Of a DNA stretch of 64,000 nucleotides, positions 1-11,700 are shown piece after piece. The notes beneath the pieces were generated by a model. That model searched no databases. It was not told the origin of the DNA and saw nothing but the letters and a program-made list of their open reading frames with translations. The stretch comes from Raillietiella orientalis (lineage: Eukaryota): assembly GCA_036172245.1 (NCBI GenBank), contig JAYWIR010000035.1:1302001-1366000 (forward strand), in the 5' to 3' direction. A program made the position numbers and the translations under genes. The stretch's first letter is position 1. Every line of letters starts with the position of its first letter.

Positions 1-403
1 CCTCTGCCCCCGCTGGAACGTGCCTGCCCAACAGCACTGCCGGGTGACCTCCGTCTTTCCGATATCACTGCATTTCCCTTCAAAACCACTCCGACCGAGA
101 GGAAGAAAGGAAGGAAAACTCCCAAGCGTGGCATTTTTTTCATCCTCGGAAGCAGGGTCCAGAGCAGTTTCAGTTCAACTCAACAATTTTACCTCTACGT
201 GTTTCACATCGGAAACGACTTCTGGTTGCATCGGCGCTCCTCGTTGCAGCCAGGGAGTCTGCCAACGAGGGAAGTCCATCTCGAGCCCCGCGTTGGCAGC
301 GCCTGTAACGCGGTTGCCATTTACACGAGTCCCGTGTAACCAGGCAAACCCCAGAGACACCGAATTTATTTTGTGTAAATGCTGGAAATAATAAAATTTG
401 CGC

Positions 404-425
404 GTGTGTGTGTGTGTGTGTGTGT
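404..425. repeat. (GT)n microsatellite
   Basis: Read directly from the sequence. Confidence 0.9.
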
Positions 426-3400
426 TTTTCTTTCTGCGTCCCATAAATTTCTCTTTAGACACCATGAATAACAAGTAAAAAAGTATCATAAAAAAAACTG
501 CTATCGGTGCTTTTATTCTTCGATTGTTCCGCTGCCCACCATTTTGGTGTAAACCACTGATTATTTCGAAAAAGGTGATACACAAACCCCATGGCATTGA
601 AACAAAGTCAGGATCAAACAGTCGTGTTTGTATTGCTCAAGTTTCCTTGAGACAAAGATCCACCGGTGCCCGTGTGGTAGACGACGGAATTCACTTTCAA
701 GAAGAAAAAGTCAGATAAAAGTATCCAATTAGCAAACAGTAAAAGTTCGCAAGCTTTTAAAGGTCTTTTTTTTTCCCGATTTTTTTACTTATTTTTTTTT
801 TATTTTTTTTATATTTCCTTTGATTTTTTGTCAACGTAGCCCTCGTGGCTACTTGATGGGAACACCGTTGGAAGTGCAAAGATGCGCTTTTCTTTGTCCC
901 AATGTCGTTTAAACAGAAATGGCCATCAGCATCCGATTACTCCGCGATGTGTTAGGAATTCTGCAAGAAAGATGTGTACGCGTTCATCTTGTGAAGATCG
1001 TAGGTGTTAAACAACGCTTACTGAATCTTTGAGGTGGTCGCATCATGCAGAACATCACTCTGCAGCGTGTTAGAAACGTGTGCGGGCAAGCGCTTTGAAT
1101 TATGCATGAACACCGAAGCTCCCGGACGACACTCATTTAATCGTTAAGGTAAACACACCATCATGAAGTAATTTACTCTTATTTATTATGACCGAGCCAT
1201 GAAGTCGACCTGCGCCCGAGATCCACTTCGGGGATCTGGTCCGACCTCGCGTAGATCCATCCTTAAAGGGATAGCAGAGCGATGGACGTATCCCTGATCC
1301 GGTAAGTGTTCCACAGAGAAAGGAGAGGGAGAGTGGGGAAAAATCGAATGCAGAGGTTATTTACTTTGTTGCCTAAGATAGAAAGGACCCGTAGGAATCC
1401 ATTTCTGGACGACGTGCTTGTCGAAGAAGTGTGCTCTGACTCGGGATACGCGAATTTGAAAAAAGCCGTTCAGGAACAACACAGTTCTTGCACGAGGCAG
1501 ACCTCGTGCAAGAACAGTGTTCAGTGTCAGCTCGGCCGAATCAGCGCTTCTGAAGGTGTCCTTTGGGCACACCCGAGACGGATCAAGTGATTTGCTGTTT
1601 CAGAAACCACAATCATGTCTTCATGACAGCAGGACTGTTTGTCTTTTCTTTTTTTTTTTTTTTCGAGACGCAGACTTCGAAGGAGTACTGTTTGCAGCTT
1701 AACGAGGCACATTGGAGGCATCGTCAAATAGCATCTGTTTTTATCCTTTAACAAAAATAATAATAACCACAAAAGAAGGAATTTTTATTTTGTTGTTGTT
1801 GTGGTCTGGTGGTGAGCGACTCCACTTCAAGTTGCATCTGCATCTGTTAATCCAATCGAACGGAATCGCCAGTTTTTTTTTTTTTTTCTTTTTCCGTCGG
1901 AGTGTTTACCTTTTAATGCAGTCGGACAATTTCGTACGTTCAAGTTTCCGTTTTTAATTACGGTCGCAGCCTTTGTCGAGTTTGCAACGCGCCTGGCAAC
2001 GTATGCTTCTACACACGTTATTGCAGGATACGTACACAATTATTCCCATGTGACGGTAGAGAAAATCGTACAGCGAGCGCCTGCCCGTGAGCTATGTTTT
2101 AGTGCGTCAGAGAGAATCCGAGACACAAACGTTTTTCATTCACAGACTGCTCGACTCCTTCGGGACTAAGGATGGGTATCATACTTAGTTAATCGGCTTC
2201 CTGGCAACGGAGCCTCGTCCTTGCACGGTTGCTGCTGCTGGAGAGACCGCGGCAGCTCGATTGGATGCCTCCGTTATTGAGACAGCGCCGCTGCCGTCCT
2301 ATAAGCCCCTAAACTGGTACTGCAGCAGGATTCGGGTGTTTGCTATCTGATAGTTGTATCTGGGAAGAGGTGTGTGTTTGTGCACGGAATAAAACGGAGG
2401 AAAAGATGTTCCTCGGCGCCCACCTCTGTTCCATCTCAGTCCTAATCACGTGGCGACGCAGGACGTTATCTCGTGGTGCATTTCACTTTGATATCTCTTA
2501 ATCGCCAATTGCGGAGCCGGCACGAATTCTGCTTTCCCCGACGCACGGCTGCTTTTCTTTGTGAGTCTGATCCTTGGTGCATTGCGCGCCGAAATCACCA
2601 TCAACGCAAAAGTTGGTTCGTTTCTTCCTTGCAAGAACGCTTCCAGGGTCCCTATGATCAGAATCTCCGCACCATGCGGTGGGGTCTCTAGGCATCCTAG
2701 CACAGAGCAGAAAATTGGCCGATGTTTCTGAGAGATCTGCTTTTATTATTTCCTTGTTTGAAAACTGTCACCATGACAAAAAGGAGAAGAAGAGGAAGAA
2801 GAAAAAGAGGTGTTTGAAGCTGGCACTGGATCTCAAGTAGAAGCTGTGACACACACATCGAGGGAAGCAATGCTAAAAAAAAAAAAAAGCAGTGAAAATG
2901 AAAGGGAAGCTGAATTCGAGACTGGGGGGTGGGAAAAAAAATAATTGCGAAATGTCCTCGCAGCCCCTGGAATGAATGCTGCTGGGGTGGTCATGGATGC
3001 GCGGTGTGCTCTGAGCTCGTTGCATTCACTCCGCTCCGTGGTACAACGGCAAAGGCATTTTCGAGTGGTCACGAAGCTCGAGGGATTACTTCTTGCGACT
3101 CTTTCCAAGATCCTTATCGGATGCTGAAGAGATTTCTGCTCGAATGTCCGCTATCCTACATTAAATGAGCGGCTGTAATCGGAACACACACCAAAAAAAA
3201 ATCAAACACATGGCGTCTTTTTAACTCAGAATAACGCGCGAAACAGCACAACCGGGCCCGAGAAACACAAATCGCCCTGCATTCGAGACTATTCCCGTGT
3301 GTGCGTGCGTGTGTGTGTTTTTACATACCTGAATGATGTTAATAAATTCTTCGATTATTTAATGAACGTTTAATGGTGAAATGTAAACAACCGTTTCCGG

Positions 3401-5599
3401 TAGGAATCGCACTAAAAAGCTTCGGTTTCAAGGGCAAGTTAAAGATCGTATTAAGGATGTCTGTTTTCCCAAGATCTGCGTAATCATAGTGGTGGTTGAG
3501 GGAGTAGGGAGTCTTGGAAAAATTGTGATTCGATAGGCCGGGCCGCATCTGCGAATACATCCCACATACCAATAGCTTCCCTTCCATAAACTGCATAAAG
3601 CGCAGTTCTCTGAAAATTAAATAATTGCTGACGTAAGCATTTCAGGGGCTGACGTCACGGTCTTCAAGAGGGTTTGCAGAGAATCTGCAGCGTTTTGTTT
3701 TTTTTTTCCCCCTTCTTTTTTCTCCTTTTTTCGCGCGCGCGCGTGTGTATGTGTGTGTGTGTAAATTGCTTTTTGTACGCTTGCGTTTTCCGTTTCGGCA
3801 GATTCGTGTGAGACCAACGTCTCTCTCCACCGTCACACTTTCTCGTACACTCAGCAGCAGCAAGTGTAGCATAGGAAACGGATCTCGAGAAGTGCTTTTC
3901 ATTCATCAGGCGTCTATTGCCTTTCCATAAAGTGGGCAATTACATTCCAAAAAACGATTTTGAAATTGGATTTCCGCCGAGTGCGCGCGCAAGAAGGAAT
4001 TCTTTCCGCAAGGATAAAACGATGCCCTGCGTGGAAATGGGAAGCCATTTCGCTTCCCGGAGACTCCAGCACAGGAATGCCACCCCTTCGCTCTGGAGTG
4101 CTTTCCAGCCACCTTTGAACATTATTTTATTTAATTCATAGCGTGTTTGTTCCTTCCCACCAAGGAGCATTTGCATGTTTCGATTTGGGATTCGGAAACG
4201 GTTTGAGATGCTAACGGACGAGGAAGGCACAGACGATGAAGACGGCATTGCTTTTTTGCTCTCTTTTCGGAGAAATTCTTCGGTATTTACTGTTTTCCGA
4301 AGACGCAAACAAACTCCACGAGCGCGGGAATCGAATTTTTTTGGAAAAAAAAAATTAAATAAAATAAAAATAAAATAAAAAAAATAAAAGAGCATATCTT
4401 CAGAAATTCAATACACAACAATAGACAAACAATTTTTGATTATGCAAAAATGAAAAAGATCAATAAATTGTTTTGCACCTCCATTTTTCAAAGAGAGTTT
4501 GCCATTAAAGTCGCAGGAGCGAAGCAGTGATGGAACCCACGGCATAAAACTGTTAGTATACATCATGGAAATATTTTTTCCCATCTTCAAGCTAAAGACA
4601 AGCAGTTCTTCTGGAAAATCGGGGATTCCATTTACATAGAAAGAAACGAAGGCATACACTCGATGAAATTGTCATGAAAATCGTTACCGTGCAACAGCTC
4701 TCGGTTCGGATCGCAACGTGTTAGAATCAAATTTGACTTGATGCAGGGGAACAGTTAATTTCTCGTGGTCGCAGGCTGCAGGGAGCATCGGGAACAACTC
4801 GTGCTCGAACTTTTCCCAACGGGACGTGCCGAGCCAAGGAAAGCAGGGAGCAAGGGCGCAAGCGCGAACCGGGCCCCGGGACCTAATCAAGCGGCAAGCC
4901 GCTCATCAGGAAGGAGAAACGTGCCCCTGGTAGCAATGCACCGGGGCGCGTGCCACCGAGAGGACACTTCCGGATGGTCAACGACCAGAAAGCACCTGAA
5001 GAAGATCGGGGGAAAGCGTTCCTTGGAGAGAAGCTGCCGTGAGGACATGCCTCCGAGGAACGGAACCTCGGGGGTTTTCACTGCACGTGGCTGCCGTTCT
5101 GCTTTGCCAGGCCTCGAGGAGGAACCGGAAAGCGCACAGGTCTTCACGTGGTCGGTGGCCACTTCCATACTCCGAAGACAGTGGGCTGCAACTCCCTGTC
5201 CTGAGGTAGGATCGGAATTGCTTTTGTCCCCTGCGTGGCTTCAAGCGATCGTTATTCCCCGAATCCCTTTGAGTGAGGGTCGGGGCTCTGCATCCTCGTG
5301 GTTCTCAGCAAATCAGGTGTTACTTGGTGCTCCAGGTGCGGAATCGAAGTGGGAGAAGAGCAGCCGACGTGTCGTGGTCCGTGTCCACGTAGCACGCATT
5401 CTTTGGCTGTTCCGGACGTAGGCAGAACTCTCACTCCTTTGGAATGAAGGACGATGAAGGCGGTCCATTCAGATGATTTCGTTGCAGTCGTCATGAAATT
5501 TTGCGATTGGCCTGTCCATGGTGAATGAAAGTTCCCCATCCAAACACTCCCGCTACTGTCTTAGGTGCGTGAGAGGAGATAGACCTGAATAAGAGTTGC

Positions 5600-7150
5600 A
5601 TAAATCAAGTGGCAGATGCGGAGAAGACTTCTCCTTGGCTGTCCTCCTGCTCACTATATGAATCAGGATGAGAGGATGAGATGGGGGAAGGGGACCCACA
5701 GGTGTCGTTTGCTGCCAAAATTTATTGCAGAATTCCTGGATGACTCTAGGGGTGCTGAAAAGAGACGACGTAACTGTGGTTTCACAACACCTCCGCATTG
5801 TTTTCTTTTCCTTCTATTGCTTCTTAAGCACTGTACCACTCCCCATGGACTGGATTCCCGTCCAGCTGCCTTTCTCTCAGCTGAACATCGATTTTCGGTC
5901 TCAAATGAAATGCCGAGTACCAAACCCCTATATCCCAGTTCCATGATCTTCGCGGCTTCGCGGATTCTAAGGGGAATTTCCAGCTTCCGAACCTCGGTTA
6001 TATTGCAGAAGCAAAAGCAAACGATTGGATGGGAGCATCTTGGCACGGAACGAAAAGATGCTCCATGACCAAGCTCTCATACTGTCGAAATGAGGCTGAT
6101 GCAGGACGCCGCATGTAATCCTTGACGCAGATTCCCAATTCGTCCATCATTTCCCCGTTCTTCTCTTTGATGGCGTTTATCCATCTTGCAAGAGATCGGT
6201 TCATCATTTCGATGTGAGGCAGCAGCAGGATTTCTTGCTGTCTTTGTTCGATAGTGTCGTTCTCTTTCTTTTTCCTTATAACCACTGTAGCAAGATCTTG
6301 TTTTTCCAAGTCGGAGGCTATTTCTTGCCGAACAGGAGCGTCGAGATTTCCCTATCAGGCCTCTGCCTCACTCGGAAGTCGACACCAATCAAAGCACAAA
6401 AGATTTCTGGCAGTGAGCATCAGGAAGCATTGTATTGACCAGACGATCTGATCGTTGTCGCAGTGCGAAGCACCGTCGCAAAACGTTGGACAATCTGAAC
6501 GGTGGCGCATGCTGCCCTTTGGGAACCGCTTGGGTTGGAAGAGCGGTGAAAAATACGCAGTCCAAAGGCAAGATGCAGTTCTGCGCAAGATGAACAGAAG
6601 GGAGCTGAACGGGCAATTTCGTTCAACATCACGCCTTATGATAAATGGTCTACTGGTAGGCAAGTTCAGCTGAATATAAGTCGAACCGTCACTGTGAAGG
6701 TCAGCTTGACAAAGTCCAGAGCAACTCTTTATCCTTTCAGGATGCTCAATAATAACTTGAGAAACGTTGCTGAACGCATTTCCAAAATCCACAAAGACCA
6801 ACCCCAGATCTTTAGAACGACGCCTTGTATCATCGAGTCGGGTCTGCAGGACGAAATTCTGGTCTATCACTTCATCAAATGGAAGGAACCCTTTCTGTTA
6901 GGAGGAACGGTTTTGTGTCCTAAGAACGTGTTTGTGCCGGCAACATGCTCTCCATTGGTGGTTGACTCTTTATCATTGCTCTCTTCCGATTGGAGACGAA
7001 ATTTTAAAAGCTGCGTATCCGGCAGAAGACCACCTGTGTTCTTCTGCATGGCTGAAAGCATCGGCATGGTTTCTGTTCACGAAGGACGCCGAAACGGATC
7101 AGTAGAAGCTTCTGTCTTCGCAAAAAGATGAGATCCGAGGATGGATGGTT
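5600..7150 (-). mobile_element. Decayed non-LTR retrotransposon reverse transcriptase (R2/RLE-like); ends approximate
   Basis: Ordered degenerate RT motifs: NRKGS (~RQKGF); NFVLQTRLDDTRRRSKDLGLVFVDFGNAFSNVS (~DxxKAFDSVSH); RDVERNCPFSSLLFIL (~GVxQGDPLSPLLF); TFCDG (~FADD). Stops and frameshifts present. Confidence 0.65.
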
Positions 7151-8276
7151 TCAGAGCATTTAGCCGGGAACTTTCCTTCAGACGCTCGTGCTGATGTGAG
7201 TCTTCAGCTCACCAATACGCTGGTGATCGACTTATAAAAGATGAAGGGCTCAAACAGAAGGGCTTCTGAGATTCGTTCGTCAGAAGAGCAAGGTGAACTG
7301 AAGTTAAGCAGGGGACACTTCAGGCGCGGAAACACTCCGGAAATTCCGGAAGCATTCCGGAAACACCGCAAGATGTAGTTCCGCTCACAAAAAGTTCTGC
7401 TATTCGATCGTCAGATCCGCAGTGCTGATTCACCCGGGAACGGATTCCGGTCAGCGCACTGTCCAAGATTTTGGCCAAGCTTGGCACCGGATGGAGCCAA
7501 GGCTGGGGCTGTGGGCTGCTGAACTTTCTAAAGGCACGCAAACCTTCCGTCGCTACCTTGCGCATCTGTGATTCACTCGGAAAGACTTGGGGCTCGTTTC
7601 GAACGAGGTCATTCTTTCTTCTCTTTCGAAAATACAAACTGTTGCCGTCTAAAAGCACATTGCCATCTAGAAAGCTGCTAGATCCTTTGTGATCCTGGAT
7701 GAGAAGGAAGCGTTGCAAAATGGGTCGCTTCGAGCATTCGCCCATCATCTTCCGCGGCTGGTGCCACTCTCTACTGTATTCGACTCGTTCTGCCCCCCCG
7801 GTGGAGCGCAAAGTCGAAATTCCGAAAGAACCTTCCATGAAAATGAATTAAGGATGCACTGCAGGATCATCGGGACTGCATCCAGCTGCAATGTTTCTTC
7901 TTCTCCCGAGACCTCAGTGATTCTGATGTTTCTTTGCCGAGTGGGCTGGATCCAGAGGGACTGCCGTCGCTCTTCTCTTGAGATGCACCACTGGAGACGG
8001 CTGCTTTTGGATGGATGAAGCCGAAGACCACCAGGGAATGCGATGGAGTCCGCTGCACCACTCTGGACACCAGAAGCTGGCTGCTTTTCCACTTGCGAGG
8101 ACACGACTCTCCTCATCTTCCTGCTTTCCCGGTCCCACTCTCCCCTACTCTTCCTAAGAAAATATGAAGCTGCTTCGTCCCAGCTTGTGCTCTTCTTGCT
8201 GCGGGACGTAGTCATTCAACCCTGAGGGGATATTCGATCGGAAAGATGGAACTCTTGTGGAGGTTTTCGAAAGGAC

Positions 8277-8282
8277 TTTATT
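8277..8282 (-). terminator. Putative nvd polyadenylation signal AATAAA
   Basis: AATAAA on the minus strand about 275 nt after the nvd stop codon. Confidence 0.4.
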
Positions 8283-8556
8283 TAAATCAAAATTCAAAGC
8301 TGTAGGCTGCCCGATTCCGAAAAATCGCGCTTCCGGATCCCAGCGCTTCGGGGCTTCCGGATTCGCGGTTCCGCATCTCGCGTTTTCTCCCGATGTCCGC
8401 CCCTTGTGCTGAGATCCAGGGTGACGATCCAGGAATCGGCCGCGGAGTGTCGGTGGAAAAAGCACTTTAGGAAGCAGAAGAATTAGCACCCACACGCCCG
8501 CACAAAAGGATGCGTTGGAAACTCTTGGGGAATTCTGCGATTTCCGGGAACGATAG

Positions 8557-8718
8557 CTACCAATCGATATCGTAGTAGAGAGATTCGATTGTAGGTGAGT
8601 TGGGGGAGTAAAACTGGTTGTACCATCTCCTGTGGTTCAAAATTTGCTTGTCTTCCTTGACTAGAGTTGGCTTCAGAGGTATTATCTTGTTATTCCATAT
8701 GTCGATGTCCCTTTCCAG
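8557..8718 (-). CDS. nvd: nvd terminal exon 7 (LERDIDIWNNK...YDIDW*)
   Basis: Acceptor TTTTCAG after a 62-nt intron; conserved Nvd C-terminus ending in DW; TAG stop. Confidence 0.93.
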   Translation of the reverse strand: MERDIDIWNNKIIPLKPTLVKEDKQILNHRRWYNQFYSPNSPTIESLYYDIDW

Positions 8719-11700
8719 CTGAAAATTGGCAAGGCAGCGGAAGGGTAGACTGTTGGCGTTTCCTCCAACGTTTCCTTTACCATGATCAGCTCTCCCAGAA
8801 AGACGAGTTTGCTGTAAAGGGCCATCACTCCCATTGGTGAGTACATGTGCTGCCTGATGCTCTGAAGGTTGGGCTCCAGTGGAGTGACGTTTTGGACGAG
8901 TACGCATTTTCCCCAGCTGCTCTCAAAATTCAGATGCACGATTCCTGGACCAATCTAAAAAATTAGCATAAAAAATTTTAAAAAAAAGGCATCCAGAGAC
9001 TGCAGCAAATTAAATGCACCCTTATTTTTATTTTATTTTTTTGTGGATGGCATTCAGCATCTCTTTGTTTCTCTTTTTCTTCCTTTCTTTTCTTTTTCTT
9101 TTATAGATTTCACTCACCAAAAAAAAAACACTAAGGAGTTTTTTTTCTTCTTCTTCAAGAGAGAAGAATATTGCGCATTCCGACTGCACCATCAACAACA
9201 ACAAAGCAGTACCTTGAGGATATTGTTCCCAAAGTCAACTTTATGATGCACGTTTGAATAGTAGATAATCTTATAATAAATCAGAAATAAATAAGATGAA
9301 GAAAAGGACTCCAATAAATCAAATACAGGATGCACCATTGCTAGCCTTGTAATTAAGGGAACAGTAATCTTCAAAGATGAGTTTACACCGGCCGTGCCTA
9401 CGCGGATGTTGGATACTCACCGAAACTAGAAGATTCAAAGCAAATTCAAAGCGAATCGCAAGAGTCTGGAACCTCAGATGAGGATCAAGGTCACAAGCAC
9501 ACGATTCTTTTAGCACGAAGGAGGTACGCGCTCTTTCGCGTGCAGCATGCGGATGCGGCTGCAGTTGAGTATCCGCAGAGCCTTCCGAATCGAGAAACGG
9601 TAAAACGAGAGTGTTCTTTCGAAAGATGCGACCCGTCGTTCTGTTTTCTTCACCACTGTTCGGATCCCTCCTCCCCCCCCTCTCTCTCTCTCCTCGATGT
9701 TTCTGATCTGTTATTGCGGTAACCGATATAAAAAAGAAAAAAAATGGAAAAAATCGGCGTCTGCTGTACCTGAACTCCTTTCACCTTCAGATTCAGTATG
9801 GACATGATGTTGGAGCATTCCAGCTTGTGAGTCAGGGACACATAGGAGAGATGCTTCTCCTCGTCAGAGCCTGGTCTCCATTCTGGATCGATCCATTTGT
9901 GCTTGAGGCTACTGGTGAGGATGGAGTTCGACCCTCCAAAGAGGAACGAGGAGTGGACGGCAGGAAAGTGACTGATGTCGCTTCCATTTTCTGGAATGTC
10001 CTGGTCACATTCGTTTATAGCCCTTTCTTTCCTTTTGCAATTCCCCCCCCCCCTCCTCCCCTAGGCACACCTGAATGTGGCACTGAACGGCATGGTTTGA
10101 GAATCCTCGAAGGGACCAGCCCTCGTCGTGGATGCCTTTGATCTTTTCCGGGAACCAATAAGGCTCGATCTCGTCCACATGGTGCCACACGTAGAGGAAG
10201 CCGTTGCCCTCCCAGCAGGGCCATATCCTCACGCGGACCGCCTTCGGGACTGGCAAAACAAAACACACATAGTGAAAAACAAAAGATCCGGGACCGAGTC
10301 CACGTTGGCACTCCTTTGACCGAAGAGGGATCGAAGCAGCTGTCTCCCGTGATCCACAATTCATTGCCGTGTAGGAGTCTTCAGAACGCGAGCTCCCCGA
10401 GATAAGCAAGTCCTCCTTGAGCCGAGCGCGAGGCTGCCCGTCCACGTGAGAACGAGGTCTTGGAAGAAGCGGGCAACAAGGGAAGGGGACAAGGTGCAGG
10501 AACACCCTCTCCTTCCCGTTGACAGAGGAGTACCGTTCACGGTGAGAGAACCGGTGACGGAATCCCTGGAGGTCGCAGGTCGCGGCGATGAGGTGCTCAC
10601 GAAAACCAGGATCCCTCGTGCGAGAGCAGGATACGTGAAAGAGAGAGAGGATATCTGTGCCCGCCAACGTCTGGCGCAGCTGGAACGTGCACTGTGGGCG
10701 TGCTCCTGATTACCAGCTAACCACCGTTGGCCGAGATCCGATTAGATGACAGGATGCTGAAAACTGTGGAGGAGGAAATGCATGCACGGCGGCTGGACAA
10801 ATCCCCGCGCAGCCCGGTCTCTGGATCCCGCCATGCCGAGTCAGGAAAAACAAGGATGTCCCGTGCGCTCCTCCATCGGTGTTCTTTACTGCGCGCTCTC
10901 GCATGTGTGTGAGGTGGCAGTTTGTGGACTTTGGCACGGAGTCTTTCGTTTCCGCGACGCGGTGTCTCTCTGTCGCACCCCGAGGCCCCGGCGGTCACGT
11001 CGGAGCCCTTGCATCCTCCAAGGAGGAGGGGTGAGTTCCTACTCCTTCATCCCGCCCACCACGGGAATTCAAACAGGGACCCAGCAGCTTGCAGCGAGAA
11101 GATGGTAATCCCTTCGATTCGAGCGCATCCAACCAGTTTCCCAGGGAGGACGAATTGTTACCCGGAGTTGGCCCCTTCGCTTCCGCCGAGGACTCCCCCC
11201 TTCATCCTCCAGGATGTAACATCAGTAGAAAAACGCGAAGTTGCTTTCTCTACTCTCCAAAAGTCTCGCGGAAATCGCGGAACAAATTCCACGCGTGCTC
11301 CGAGAGAAAAACAAAATAAAAAATGTCCGCCAAAGCAGGTCAGAGGTCACGCATTTGCGGAAGCAAATGCATGACCTCTGGACGCGACCCCCACGCGCCA
11401 CTGAATGCCTCGAAATCTGAGTACCTGAAGTGCTGTATGGTATTTCCTTGCAGCTCCCGTCGACTCCTTGGAAGCACCACTCGTGAAAGGGGCACACGAT
11501 GCAGTCATCTTTTACTTTGCCTCCGATCCCCATATGGGCCCCAATGTGAGGGCAGAACGCATCCATGATGAAGGCGTTCCCGGAGAACCCACGAAAGACC
11601 ACGAAAGCATTTCCTGGAAGGGAAGAGACGCGTCAGAAGTCTGGAAAGCACCAAAGCGCTAAAAGCGAAAATTCCGGGGCGCTGCGGTCGTTCTTTTGCT

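Noticed and set aside
1100..1590. Faint Gypsy pol-like stretch (…RISASEGVL)
   Set aside because: One weak motif; no LTR or catalytic residues seen.
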